From: Kiritimatiellia bacterium
GTDB taxonomy: Bacteria; Verrucomicrobiota; Kiritimatiellia; RFP12; UBA1067
DNA: 64,000 bases
Assembly: GCA_050949565.1 (NCBI GenBank)
Contig: JBMNFY010000019.1
Location: 1-64,000 of the forward strand
Direction of reading: 5' to 3'
A program made the position numbers and the translations under genes. How positions within the stretch are numbered: the stretch's first letter is position 1; every line of letters starts with the position of its first letter. This document shows positions 35,994 through 45,988 of this stretch, one piece after another. The notes below the pieces were generated by a model. The model searched no databases. It was not told where the DNA came from and saw only the letters and a list, made by a program, of their open reading frames with translations.

Positions 35994-38900
35994 ATGAACG
36001 AGTTACCTTCTTCTCCACTTGGCAGCCGGGACCGGTCCGTCCGTTTGGCAAGAGCCTGTCTAATCATTTTTGGTAGCCTTTGGTGTGCCGCTGGCGCTTT
36101 GGTCCAAGACACGACACCCGGAGCCTTGCGCGTCCGCGTGATCGATCAGGACTGGGACGTGCCGCTTGCGGAGGCAACCGTGCAGGTTCTGGAAGCTGAA
36201 AAGAAACAGTTGACCGCCGAGGACGGCAATGTTTTGTTCGACATGTTGCCGGGCGGCTCTTACACCCTTGTGATCAGCGCTCCCGGCTTTGAGAGAAAAG
36301 TCTTGAACCATGTGGTCGTCATTCCCGGAGAGGCCAAGTTGGAGGAGGTGCGCTTGAACGGCGCCTTCGTCGACATGGATGAATTTGTGGTTAAAGATAT
36401 CGACTTGGGAGGCGGCGGTTCGACCCTCCAGTTGTTGGAGATCCGCTCGCAGCACAGCGGCCTGATGGATGCGGTCGGCGCGGACATGATGTCGAAGGCC
36501 GGAGCCGGCACGGCAGCAGCCGCGCTCAAGATGGTGACGGGGGCGACTGTCCAGGACGGGAAATACGCCGTGATCCGAGGGTTGGGAGACCGTTACACCG
36601 CGACGCTGGTCAACGGCGTTCGCATGCCGACGGCTGACAAAGACAAGCGGGCGGTCCACATGGACCAGTTCCCGTCGTCGATCATCGAGAGTATTCAGGT
36701 GACAAAAACCTTCATGCCGGATCAGCAGGGCGATGCCAGCGGCGGCATCAACATCATCACCAAGAGCGTGCCGGACGGCCCGGTCCTCTCGATGAGCGTC
36801 TCAACAGAGTACGACTCGAATGCCACGGGCCAGAATGACTTCAAGACCTACCGAGGCGGGGGCAATGATTTCGGCGGCATGCGTGGTGTCGGCAGTCTGC
36901 GCTTTTGGGATTCCAGTTCAATGGGGAATCCGCGCGGCACACACTCGGTACCAGGCAAGGAGGGTGAGAAAAGAAAGACGGTCGCGGACGAGAAGTACAG
37001 CTCCGCGATTAAGTCGAAGTCCCCACCGGGGAACTATGGATTCAAGTTTGCTGTGGGTGATGCGGCCGACGTGGGGGAGTGGCGTCTGGGGGGGCTTTTA
37101 ACAGGCTCATACAGTCAAAAATACAAGTACAGGAATGGCTACAAATTCGGGATGATGCCGAACCAGTCTGCAAGGGAGACGGCACCTTTGAAAGGCGAAG
37201 GAGCCAAAACGTATGTTGAAACCTCTACAGATGAACAGCTTTGGAGCATGGGATTAACCCTTGGGGCAAAAAACGAACTCAACGAGATCAAGTTCACCGG
37301 GATTTATTCGCATCAGTCCCTTGACGTGGTAGACATACGCCACGGTCCTAAGAGCGAAATGAGTACCACAATCGACGAGCTTTCCATCGGGCGCGGCAGC
37401 AGAAAGAAAACATACGGGGAATCGCAATCTGACAGCCGGACGCGCACGTTTAGTTCCATCATGCAATATACGGAGAATGCCAATGGCAGTCTGCAGCTCA
37501 CGGGTAAACACACGTTGCCTTGGCTGAATGATGCGGAACTGGATTGGACCGGCGCTTACAACATGGCGGAAAGCATCGAGCCCGACAGACGGCGCATTAC
37601 CGGCAGCTACGTTTACCACCGCGACATTGTCAGGCATTACGCGGATGTGGTTGGCACATTGACGCCATCCCAGCTCCAGCAAATTCGAGCGGAGCAAGAC
37701 GTTGAGCAAAGCAAATGGGTGATCGACTCCTTCGAGCGCCGCTGGCAAGATACGCGTGAAGATGCCTGGCAGGGGCAGGCTAACCTGAAAGTACCCTTCA
37801 CGGTTTTGGAGAATGAAGGCTATGCCAAAGGCGGCGTGTTCGGGGATTTCATGGACCGGACGTACCGGAACCGGGTTTATGAGATCGATGTGCCGGCCAC
37901 GATGACGTTGGATGCCGTGAACGAGTATGACTACCGTTCGTTCGGCAAGCTGGATGGGCTTGACCTGCCGGAAAACCTCACCCCGGCCAGTATCGAGTAT
38001 GACGGGCGCCAAGATCTGACCGCGTATTACTGCATGCTCAAAGCGCCGTTGCCGGAATGGCTTGAACTGGTAGGTGGCGCACGGGTTGAGAGTACGCTCA
38101 TGGAAACCACGGTCAAGTCGCCTCTCTCGGATAAAATCGTCCTGAACTACCTCATCACGGAGCAGAACGCGCAAAATGATTTTGAGAGGGCCAACGTGGG
38201 TAGAATCGGTGCCCGCTCGAATGTCGAACCGAAAGAGGCAGATGCGGAGATCGACCAGGTCGACGTCTTGCCGGCTATTTCGTTGAATGTGAAGCCGCTG
38301 GAAGACTTCAGCCTCCGCCTTACTTACGGCAAGACGATCGCGCGCCCGACATTCAAGGAAATCACGCCGGTACTCTATCAAGATTACGACGCATCACAGG
38401 TTTTTCTTGGCAACCCTGACTTGGTCATGTCGGAGTTGGACAATTACGACGCACGCGTAGAGTGGCGCCCCGGCAACGCGACGGATCTGATTGCGGCCAG
38501 TGTGTTTTACAAGACCATCTCTGATCCGATCCAGTACTCCACGCGGCGGGACACAGGCGCGGGTTCGCTCGACTACATTTATCCTGAGAACTACGGCGAT
38601 GCGGAAATCAAAGGCCTTGAGTTCGAGATGCGCAAAGGTCTCGGTTTCATCTGGTCGGAACTCAGTCCGTTTTCGGTCGGCGGGAATCTGACACTGCAAG
38701 ATTCTGAGGTGAAATATCCTAAGGACATCCGCGCGAAGTTGCTGAAAGCGGAGGTCCGTGATGACTCACGTCCGATGGACGGACAATCGGAGATCCTCGG
38801 CAATGTCAATCTGATGTTTGAAGATGTAGGAACGGGATTGAGCGTGGGCCTGTTTTACAATCTGAAGGGGGAAACTTACGTTTCGGGAGATACCGCGACC

Positions 38901-39119
38901 GACGACACCTATGTTCCCAGTATCGTCGAAAAACCGGTCGGCACGTTGGATCTGATCATTGGGCTCAAGTTTGCAAAAGTCTGGCGCTTGGGGGTGGAGA
39001 TCAAGAATCTGTTAAATCCGGAAATCGAGACCGTTTACCGTACGCCTTACAGAGACATTCCGAACACGAGATACAAGATCGGTCGCATATATGGCCTGTC
39101 GCTGGGATGCGACTGGTGA
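35994..39119 (+). CDS. TonB-dependent receptor with an N-terminal carboxypeptidase-regulatory-like domain
   Basis: Plug GKYAVIRGLGDRY..IESIQVTKTF..GGINIITK; barrel ARPTFKEI, GNPDL and IKNLLNP; terminal Trp. Confidence 0.92.
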   Translation: MNELPSSPLGSRDRSVRLARACLIIFGSLWCAAGALVQDTTPGALRVRVIDQDWDVPLAEATVQVLEAEKKQLTAEDGNVLFDMLPGGSYTLVISAPGFERKVLNHVVVIPGEAKLEEVRLNGAFVDMDEFVVKDIDLGGGGSTLQLLEIRSQHSGLMDAVGADMMSKAGAGTAAAALKMVTGATVQDGKYAVIRGLGDRYTATLVNGVRMPTADKDKRAVHMDQFPSSIIESIQVTKTFMPDQQGDASGGINIITKSVPDGPVLSMSVSTEYDSNATGQNDFKTYRGGGNDFGGMRGVGSLRFWDSSSMGNPRGTHSVPGKEGEKRKTVADEKYSSAIKSKSPPGNYGFKFAVGDAADVGEWRLGGLLTGSYSQKYKYRNGYKFGMMPNQSARETAPLKGEGAKTYVETSTDEQLWSMGLTLGAKNELNEIKFTGIYSHQSLDVVDIRHGPKSEMSTTIDELSIGRGSRKKTYGESQSDSRTRTFSSIMQYTENANGSLQLTGKHTLPWLNDAELDWTGAYNMAESIEPDRRRITGSYVYHRDIVRHYADVVGTLTPSQLQQIRAEQDVEQSKWVIDSFERRWQDTREDAWQGQANLKVPFTVLENEGYAKGGVFGDFMDRTYRNRVYEIDVPATMTLDAVNEYDYRSFGKLDGLDLPENLTPASIEYDGRQDLTAYYCMLKAPLPEWLELVGGARVESTLMETTVKSPLSDKIVLNYLITEQNAQNDFERANVGRIGARSNVEPKEADAEIDQVDVLPAISLNVKPLEDFSLRLTYGKTIARPTFKEITPVLYQDYDASQVFLGNPDLVMSELDNYDARVEWRPGNATDLIAASVFYKTISDPIQYSTRRDTGAGSLDYIYPENYGDAEIKGLEFEMRKGLGFIWSELSPFSVGGNLTLQDSEVKYPKDIRAKLLKAEVRDDSRPMDGQSEILGNVNLMFEDVGTGLSVGLFYNLKGETYVSGDTATDDTYVPSIVEKPVGTLDLIIGLKFAKVWRLGVEIKNLLNPEIETVYRTPYRDIPNTRYKIGRIYGLSLGCDW

Positions 39120-39147
39120 CGGCTGATTCGAAAGGAAAGGGACGAAA

Positions 39148-39897
39148 ATGAGACAGGTGATAAGTTTGATATTGGCACTTGCGACATTTGCCGCATGGGC
39201 GCAAGAGGATCTGGATGCGGCCAAGCAGAGCATCGAGAAGTGGCTGGAGACAGAACGTCTGATCACGAAAGAAGAGCAGGACTGGCGCGTTGGGAAAGAA
39301 GTGCTTCAGGAGCGGATCGATCTTGTCCGTCGGGAAGTCGAAGCACTCAAAGAGCGCATCGCCCAGACAAAAAAGGACATGCAGGAAGCGGAAACAAAAA
39401 CGGCTGAGTTGAAGGCGCAGAACGAGGTGGTCAAGGCCGGAACGAAAAGTTTGTCCGATGATATCAAACAGCTTGAACTCCGCACGCTGGCCATGCTTCC
39501 CCGCACGCCGGAGCCGGTCCGTTTGCGGGTTAACCCGCTGACCCAGCGCATACCGACCAATCCGAAAGATTGTAGGCTGACGCTTTCCGAGCGGTATCAG
39601 AGTGTGGTGGGCACATTGAACGAACTCAACAAGGCTGCGCGCGAAATCTCTGTTTCGGGTGAAATGCGGCAGCTTGCCGACGGTCGCCAAGTCGAAGTCT
39701 CGGTGTTTTATGTCAGCCTTGCGCAGGCCTACTACGTGAACGAGAAGAGTGGCGTGGCGGGAATGGGCTTTGCTGGCGAGCGCGGTTGGGGGTGGGAAGA
39801 GCGTAACGATCTGGTCGAGCCCGTGTCGCGCGTGCTGGCGATCTATCGCGGTGAATCACCTGCGGCCTATGTCCCGCTTCCCGTCAAAGTGAAGTGA
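39148..39897 (+). CDS. DUF3450/TtpB-like coiled-coil periplasmic protein
   Basis: Signal peptide; coiled coil; LSERYQ, AQAYY and YVPLP; position in the TonB operon. Confidence 0.75.
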   Translation: MRQVISLILALATFAAWAQEDLDAAKQSIEKWLETERLITKEEQDWRVGKEVLQERIDLVRREVEALKERIAQTKKDMQEAETKTAELKAQNEVVKAGTKSLSDDIKQLELRTLAMLPRTPEPVRLRVNPLTQRIPTNPKDCRLTLSERYQSVVGTLNELNKAAREISVSGEMRQLADGRQVEVSVFYVSLAQAYYVNEKSGVAGMGFAGERGWGWEERNDLVEPVSRVLAIYRGESPAAYVPLPVKVK

Positions 39898-39907
39898 GAC
39901 CAAACAA

Positions 39908-41317
39908 ATGAATTTCGAAATCGTGGAGAAACGAATGAAATCTGCGTTCACTGTCGGGTTGGCGGGTATGCTGGCCATCGCCGCAGTTGCCCAAGAAGGC
40001 ACGAATAGCGCGGCCGAGGCGATGCAAGCGAGACTTGCCGCGTCAACGGTGCGGTTGGCCGAGGTGCGTAAGCGGATAGCGGACGAAAAAATCCCGATGG
40101 CGCAGGCACTCTCTGCGGCGGAGCAGTCGCTCAGCGACCTGCGGCGCGAGTACGATACCGTCAAGCGGCAATCGGACAACAGCACACTAGAAATAGCGGC
40201 TCTGCGCAATGAGATCAAAGGACGAGAAACGGAGCGCAATTATCTCGCCAGTCTGCTGGGTGAATATGCGCGTAACTTTGAGACACGGTTGCATATTTCC
40301 GAATTGGAGGGCTACAAAGAGATCGTCGAGGAAGTCCGGGGCGCTCAGGAAAAGCTGTCCACCGATCCGGTTGCGGCCTTCGACGCGCAGTTGCGCCTGA
40401 TGCTCATGAGCCTGGCGCGGCTGGAGGAGATGCCGGGAGGCTTGAAATTCCAGGGAGGCGCATCAGCCGAGGACGGCGTCGTCAAACAGGGGCGTTTTCT
40501 GCTTCTCGGCCCGGTCGCCTATTTCGCCTCGGATGACGGGTCTCTAGCGGGCATCGCCAGCCAACGCGTGGGGTCACTTATCCCGGTCGTAGAAGGCTGT
40601 TCAGATCCGGCTTTGAACGAGATGACCAAAATGACCGTGGAAAAAGACGAGGGGAGCATCCCTTTCGACGCCTCGCTCGGCAATGCCCGCAAGATCGAGG
40701 AGACCAAGGAGACTGTGGTGGAACACTTCCTGAAGGGCGGCGCGGTGATGTGGCCGATCCTGCTTCTGCTCTGCTGTGCTGCGGTCGTCGTCGTCCTGAA
40801 GTGGCTCTGGCTCGCGTGTGTCCGTTTGCCGTCTGCCAAGGCCTTGGCGGAACTGTTCACTGCCGTACGCGCGAACGACAAAGAGCGAGCGGTGGCGCTG
40901 ACCCAAAAGATGAAGGGGATGGCAGGGCGGATGTTGCGTGCCGGTGCTGAGGTGCTCGACCAGCCGCGGGAGCTGATTGAGGAGGCGATGTTCGAGAAGA
41001 TGCTGGAAGCTAAAACCAGCCTCAACCGCTTCCTGCCGTTCGTGGCTGTTACGGCGGCCTGCGCGCCGCTGCTCGGTCTGCTCGGTACGGTCACAGGCAT
41101 CATCGCCACTTTCAACCTCATGACGGTTTTCGGATCCGGTGATATCAAAATGCTTTCGTCGGGCATTTCAGAGGCGCTCATCACGACGGAGTACGGATTG
41201 TACGTGGCGATCCCCTGTGTCTTGACGCACTCGTTCCTGTCGCGCAAAGCCAAGGGAATTGCGGATAAGATGGAACAGGTCGCGGTCAAGTTCATGAGTG
41301 AGGTCGGCAAGGTTTGA
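39908..41317 (+). CDS. TtpC-like extended MotA/TolQ/ExbB proton-channel protein
   Basis: Long periplasmic N-domain, then GGAVMWPI, APLLGLLGTVTGII and SGISEALITT. Confidence 0.85.
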   Translation: MNFEIVEKRMKSAFTVGLAGMLAIAAVAQEGTNSAAEAMQARLAASTVRLAEVRKRIADEKIPMAQALSAAEQSLSDLRREYDTVKRQSDNSTLEIAALRNEIKGRETERNYLASLLGEYARNFETRLHISELEGYKEIVEEVRGAQEKLSTDPVAAFDAQLRLMLMSLARLEEMPGGLKFQGGASAEDGVVKQGRFLLLGPVAYFASDDGSLAGIASQRVGSLIPVVEGCSDPALNEMTKMTVEKDEGSIPFDASLGNARKIEETKETVVEHFLKGGAVMWPILLLLCCAAVVVVLKWLWLACVRLPSAKALAELFTAVRANDKERAVALTQKMKGMAGRMLRAGAEVLDQPRELIEEAMFEKMLEAKTSLNRFLPFVAVTAACAPLLGLLGTVTGIIATFNLMTVFGSGDIKMLSSGISEALITTEYGLYVAIPCVLTHSFLSRKAKGIADKMEQVAVKFMSEVGKV

Positions 41318-41339
41318 AAACGGGAACAACGGACAACCT

Positions 41340-42000
41340 ATGACAGTCGAAACCATCCGAATCTTTTTGGAGAGCCACTTGCCGCCCCTGTTCAGGTCGT
41401 GGCTCGAACAGGCGTGGCCCGTCTGGATTGCGGGAGGTTGGGCGATGGTGCCGTTGGCGCTGACAGGGCTCATTATGTATCCCCTCGGACTCAGCACAAT
41501 GCTTCGACTCCTTCTGCTCGGTGCGCGGAAAGTCGCCGCAACGCGCATGGGAGAGATGGCAGAAGCATCCCGACAAACCGAGGGGGCCGGTGCAGCGGCT
41601 GATTCACGAGGCCATGCAATGTGAGTCTCTCCAAGAGCTGGAATCGTACTTCACGCTCGTCCAATCAGTGACGATCAGCCCTTTCACGCGCAACGTGCAG
41701 ATCATGAAGGTCTGTGTGGCGGTCGCACCGCTCCTTGGGCTTTTGGGCACAGTCACAGGCATGCTGGTCACCTTCAATGGTTTGGCGCAGGGTGGCGGAG
41801 GCGAAAAAACCATGAGCGTGATCTCCAAGGGCATATCGGAGGCGCTCATCACGACCGAGACGGGTCTGGTTCTCGCGCTCACTGGCGTGTTCATCCTGTT
41901 TTTTCTGAACCGACAGCACCAGCGGTACGAGAAAGTTGTGACGCATGTAGAAACATTGTGCATGCGCGAGTTCCAAAAACGTCAGGCCGAAACGGCATAA
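41340..42000 (+). CDS. exbB: ExbB/MotA/TolQ protein (frameshift near 41525)
   Basis: GGWAMVPL in ORF 41298-41624; APLLGLLGTVTGM and GISEALITTETG in ORF 41521-42000. Confidence 0.8.
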
Positions 42001-42026
42001 CGAAGTGAAACAAAGGGTGGAGGCTT

Positions 42027-42446
42027 ATGAGCAGATTCAGAAATTCAGGAAGTGACGATGAGGAGTCGGCCGGGATCGACATGTCGCCGCTTATCGACTG
42101 CGTGTTCATCCTGTTGATCTTCTTCATTGTGACGACAACCTTTGTCGATGAAACCGGTGTGGAAGTGGACAAACCGCAGGCCGCATCGTCTGTCAGCCTT
42201 GAGAAGAACAGCGTGTTGCTGGCCATTACGGCCAAGGGCGAGGTGGTCTACGGAGGGCAAGAGATCGGTATCGGCGGCGTACAGACCGTCGTCAAACGCA
42301 TGCTGGAAAAGGAGCAGCTCCCGGTGATCATCCAGGCCGATCAAAGCGTGCCGTCCGGACTGCTGGTGCGTGTGATCGATGAAGCCAAATTGGGCGGCGC
42401 TGAAAAGGTCAGCTTGGCTACGCGCAAGGAGGCGTCGGGAACGTGA
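42027..42446 (+). CDS. exbD: biopolymer transport protein ExbD
   Basis: IDMSPLIDCVFILLIFFIVTTTF, VIIQAD. Confidence 0.92.
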   Translation: MSRFRNSGSDDEESAGIDMSPLIDCVFILLIFFIVTTTFVDETGVEVDKPQAASSVSLEKNSVLLAITAKGEVVYGGQEIGIGGVQTVVKRMLEKEQLPVIIQADQSVPSGLLVRVIDEAKLGGAEKVSLATRKEASGT

Positions 42447-43138
42447 CAAGGTTCGGTCAGAATAACCGGTCAGGCGGCGACCTGTTCGGGCGCTTCTTTG
42501 TCTCCGGCGGCACCTTGATTATGGGCGCGGCACTGACGGTTTGCCTGTTCCTGTTGCTCCCCGTCCTACAGGACATCGGCCATCAGGAGAAAAAGGCAGA
42601 CCTTGAACTCGTGAGTATCGACACGGTCGAGGCGCCGCCGCCGCCCCCTGTCGTCGAGGAAAAAAGAGAGGAAGCACCGCCAGAGGAGGAGGAGCCGCCG
42701 CCGCCGGAGCTGACGGAAAATGCTCCGCCGCTTGACCTCGCGCAATTGGAATTGGCACTCAACCCGAGCATGGGCGACGGCGCAGGCGGCGATTTCGCGG
42801 TCAAGCTCGCAACCGCCGGTGCGAGTGAAGTCACCGCGCAGGCGCACGAGGATATTTTCTCGCTCGCCGACCTCGACCAAGCCCCCCGTGTCATCATGCA
42901 ACCCGCGCCGCAGTATCCGCCCGAGATGAAAAAGAAAAAAATCCAGGGCACCGTCTACATTCTTTTCATTGTGGACAAGGACGGCCGCGTGGTGTCGCCC
43001 AAAGTCCAGAAGACCGACAATCCCGCATTCAACACGCCTGCGCTGAGTGCCGTAAAACGCTGGCGTTTCGAGGCCGGCAAGAAAAACGGACAGCCTGTGC
43101 CCTTCCGCATGCGCCTGCCAATCACTTTCGCACTCTAA
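42443..43138 (+). CDS. tonB: energy transducer TonB
   Basis: N-terminal TM, Pro/Glu linker, PQYP..GTV...FIVDKDGRV and AVKRWRF. Confidence 0.9.
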   Translation: MTRFGQNNRSGGDLFGRFFVSGGTLIMGAALTVCLFLLLPVLQDIGHQEKKADLELVSIDTVEAPPPPPVVEEKREEAPPEEEEPPPPELTENAPPLDLAQLELALNPSMGDGAGGDFAVKLATAGASEVTAQAHEDIFSLADLDQAPRVIMQPAPQYPPEMKKKKIQGTVYILFIVDKDGRVVSPKVQKTDNPAFNTPALSAVKRWRFEAGKKNGQPVPFRMRLPITFAL

Positions 43139-43142
43139 GGAG

Positions 43143-44516
43143 ATGACCATGAGACTGACCTGCCTGACATTAGCCGCTACCCTTGCCGCAATCTGCGCGC
43201 AAGCGGACGCGCTGATCCAAAACCCAGAGACCTTCTGGCGCGATCCGACTTTCCAGAATTCGTTTATGGGGTCATACGGCATGCGCGCCGAAATCGAGCC
43301 GCAAATAACGGTCGTCGAGAAAAAGGTGATGGAAAAGGTGATAAAACTGATGAGTTCCGGCGAAAGTACCGCCGAAGTTGTCTCGCTTCTCGAAAAAAAC
43401 ACAAACGACGCCTCAAGCGCGGTGTTCGACTTCACCCTTGCCAACATCCATTTTCAGGAAGACCGTTTGACAAACGCTTTGACGTGTTACGCTGCAGCCA
43501 TCGCCAAATTCCCGAGTTTTCAGCGTGCCTATAAAAACAAGGGGCTGGTCTTGATCCGGTTGGGTGAGTTTGACGCAGCGCTTGAACCGCTTTCCAAATG
43601 TATCGAGTTGGGCGAAAACGATGGCCTGACGTACGGGTTGCTCGCCTATGCCTACGCAATGACCGAACAGTATGTCTCCGCCGAAAGTGCCTATCGCTTG
43701 GCCATGATGCTTCAGCCTAAGACCCTCGACTGGAAGTTGGGACTTTGCCGTGCGCTTTTCAGACAGCAGAAGTACGGCGAAGCCATCGCCATGTGCGACG
43801 AGTTGCTGCGGAGAGAACCCGGCAAGCCGGACTACCTGCTCTTGCAGGCCAACGCCTACCTCGGGCTTAAACAGCCGATGAAGGCCGCCGAAATCTACGA
43901 AGTGCTCGACCTGAGCGGCGCAGCTCCGGTCGCGGCGCTGCACACGTTGGGAGACATCTATGTGAACGAAGGCTATGCCGAGCAGGCAGCCGACGCCTAC
44001 GGCCGCGCCATGGCACGCGAGGAAACGCCCGACATCGCGCGTCAACTCCGCAACGCGGAGGTGCTCGTCAGCCGCTCGGCCTATTCGGCCGCATCCGGAC
44101 TGCTCAAGAAAATCAAGGATCGTGCAGGTACCGGGCTGGGTGACGACTTGCGCAAACGCATGCTCAAACTCGAAGCGCGCCTTGTGGCCGCACGCAATGA
44201 GGCGAGTGACGAACAGGCGAAGATACTCGAAGAGATCGTCAAGCTGGATCCGTTGGACGGCGAAGCCCTGATCCTGCTTGCCATGCATCATGCGGCATCG
44301 GACGTTGAGAAAGCGATCTTCTACTACGAGCGGGCACAGGGTATCGAAAAGTTCGAGGGCGACGCACGCCTGCGCCACGGTCAACTGCTGGTAAGAAACG
44401 GCAGGTATCAGGAAGCGCTGCCGCTGTTGAAGCGCGCGCAAGAACTGAACCCCCGCGATGACGTTCAGAATTATATCGAACAGGTGGAGCGTGCCGCACG
44501 GGCACGGAACAGATAG
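43143..44516 (+). CDS. secreted TPR protein (TtpD-like)
   Basis: Signal peptide; many TPR-like helical repeats; last gene of the TonB operon. Confidence 0.85.
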   Translation: MTMRLTCLTLAATLAAICAQADALIQNPETFWRDPTFQNSFMGSYGMRAEIEPQITVVEKKVMEKVIKLMSSGESTAEVVSLLEKNTNDASSAVFDFTLANIHFQEDRLTNALTCYAAAIAKFPSFQRAYKNKGLVLIRLGEFDAALEPLSKCIELGENDGLTYGLLAYAYAMTEQYVSAESAYRLAMMLQPKTLDWKLGLCRALFRQQKYGEAIAMCDELLRREPGKPDYLLLQANAYLGLKQPMKAAEIYEVLDLSGAAPVAALHTLGDIYVNEGYAEQAADAYGRAMAREETPDIARQLRNAEVLVSRSAYSAASGLLKKIKDRAGTGLGDDLRKRMLKLEARLVAARNEASDEQAKILEEIVKLDPLDGEALILLAMHHAASDVEKAIFYYERAQGIEKFEGDARLRHGQLLVRNGRYQEALPLLKRAQELNPRDDVQNYIEQVERAARARNR

Positions 44517-44537
44517 GCGGATGATTTTTCACTGATA

Positions 44538-44691
44538 CCGAACAAATGTCTCATCCGCCGCTCACATACCCGTGGGACAATGTGCGGCGTTCACGACTAG
44601 TAGGCCGGGCGGAGTGCGAAGTTACCGACGGAGTTAAACTTTTCCAACGCTCTCTAAGGCACGCCGGGTGGCGGGCTGACCGGCTTTTTTT
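44538..44691 (+). ncRNA. candidate structured non-coding RNA (possibly 6S-like)
   Basis: Terminal stem TCATCCGCCGCTC/GGGTGGCGGGCTGA; nested stems CACAT/ATGTG, CGGCGT/ACGCCG, GGGCG/CGCTC and AAGTT/AACTT; followed by T7. Confidence 0.4.
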
Positions 44692-44724
44692 GAGCGGCCC
44701 GCTTACGCAGACCGCTCTTTTTTC
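44692..44724 (+). terminator. hairpin terminator between convergent units
   Basis: GAGCGG...CCGCTC followed by a T run. Confidence 0.55.
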
Positions 44725-44731
44725 TAGCGAA

Positions 44732-45874
44732 TCAAACAAGTTCACGCAAGACAGCATCGCACACCTCACGCCCGCGCGCCGTCAAACGCCAGCGGTCCCC
44801 CACGCGCTCGGTGATGCCGTGTACGACCAGATCGGCGAGGCGCTGTTCCCAGACGCCGACCTTCCCGGCCAAAGCAGGAAAACGCGACGCCTCGGCGGCA
44901 AGGTCGATCCCCTCGCTCAAGCGTAGGGCGAAAATCACACGCTCCTCAGCATCCTCGACGGCATCAAGCGCGGTGGAGTCCGCCGGTGGTGGCGCATCGT
45001 GTTTCACGGCGTGGATGTACTCTTCAAGATCCTCGCTGTTAGTCCAGCGCATCCGGCCGACACGCGAAGCCGCCGACGGGCCGAGCCCAAGGAAGTCATG
45101 GCCACGCCACACTGCCAGATTGTGACGGCATTCAAAACCCGGAAGCGCGTAGTTGGAAATTTCATAACGCGCGAATCCGGCCTCACCGAGCGCCGTCTCG
45201 GCTTGCGCAAGCGCGGCGAGCTGATCGTCGTCGCCGGGCAGTTCGAGGCCGTCCTCAACCTGTCGCGCCAACGGCGTGCCCGACTCAACGATCAGCGCAT
45301 AAACCGAAAGATGCGTGAGTGAAAGGGAGATTGCGCGCTCGAGCGTTTCACTCCAAAGCGTGGGCGTGACTCCCGGCAGACCGGCGATTAAGTCGATACC
45401 GGTATTCACGAATCCGGCGTCTTGGGCGCGCTTGACTGCCGTGATGGCGGCTTGGGCATCGTGCCGCCGCCCGATGCGCGATAGGATCGTGTCGTCAAAA
45501 CTTTGCACGCCGATACTGATGCGGTTCACACCGATGGTCGCCAACGTCGCGAACAGAGCAACCGAGGCCGAGGTCGGGGTGACCTCCACGGTCCACTCCT
45601 CAAGCGTGTCGAACGGGAGCCGTTTGGACAGAGCGTCAGCCAGCCGTTTCAAGCCGTCATTGCCCAGCATAGCTGGTGTGCCGCCGCCCATGTAAAGAGT
45701 GCGCAGCGGAACTTTTCCCAACTCGGGCAGACGGGTCAGACGGCAATCGTATTCACGCGCTGGCAACGTGTTGTAAAGCTCAATCACGCTGGGTGCCGCA
45801 ACGACCGAGAAGAAGCCGCAATAGTGGCACTTGCCGTCGCAAAAAGGAACATGGATGTAAAGGTGGCTTGGCAT
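44732..45874 (-). CDS. hemW: radical SAM heme chaperone HemW (HemN-like)
   Basis: LYIHVPFCDGKCHYCGF, GGGTP, NRISIGVQSF, YEISNY..ECRHN and GLGPSA. Confidence 0.88.
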   Translation of the reverse strand: MPSHLYIHVPFCDGKCHYCGFFSVVAAPSVIELYNTLPAREYDCRLTRLPELGKVPLRTLYMGGGTPAMLGNDGLKRLADALSKRLPFDTLEEWTVEVTPTSASVALFATLATIGVNRISIGVQSFDDTILSRIGRRHDAQAAITAVKRAQDAGFVNTGIDLIAGLPGVTPTLWSETLERAISLSLTHLSVYALIVESGTPLARQVEDGLELPGDDDQLAALAQAETALGEAGFARYEISNYALPGFECRHNLAVWRGHDFLGLGPSAASRVGRMRWTNSEDLEEYIHAVKHDAPPPADSTALDAVEDAEERVIFALRLSEGIDLAAEASRFPALAGKVGVWEQRLADLVVHGITERVGDRWRLTARGREVCDAVLRELV

Positions 45875-45988
45875 GGAGCGTCAACTTAAGCGCGAGGTCC
45901 GTAAAGACGGCAAGTAGGATACCACAAGTTTAGGCTTGTTGCGCAACGCCTTTTCATGCACCATAGAGTATTCAAGCAGGAGTGATGC

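Noticed and set aside
41340-42000. exbB frameshift as programmed recoding or pseudogenisation
   Set aside because: No canonical slippery heptamer, the rest of the operon is intact, and similar single-base breaks elsewhere suggest an indel error.
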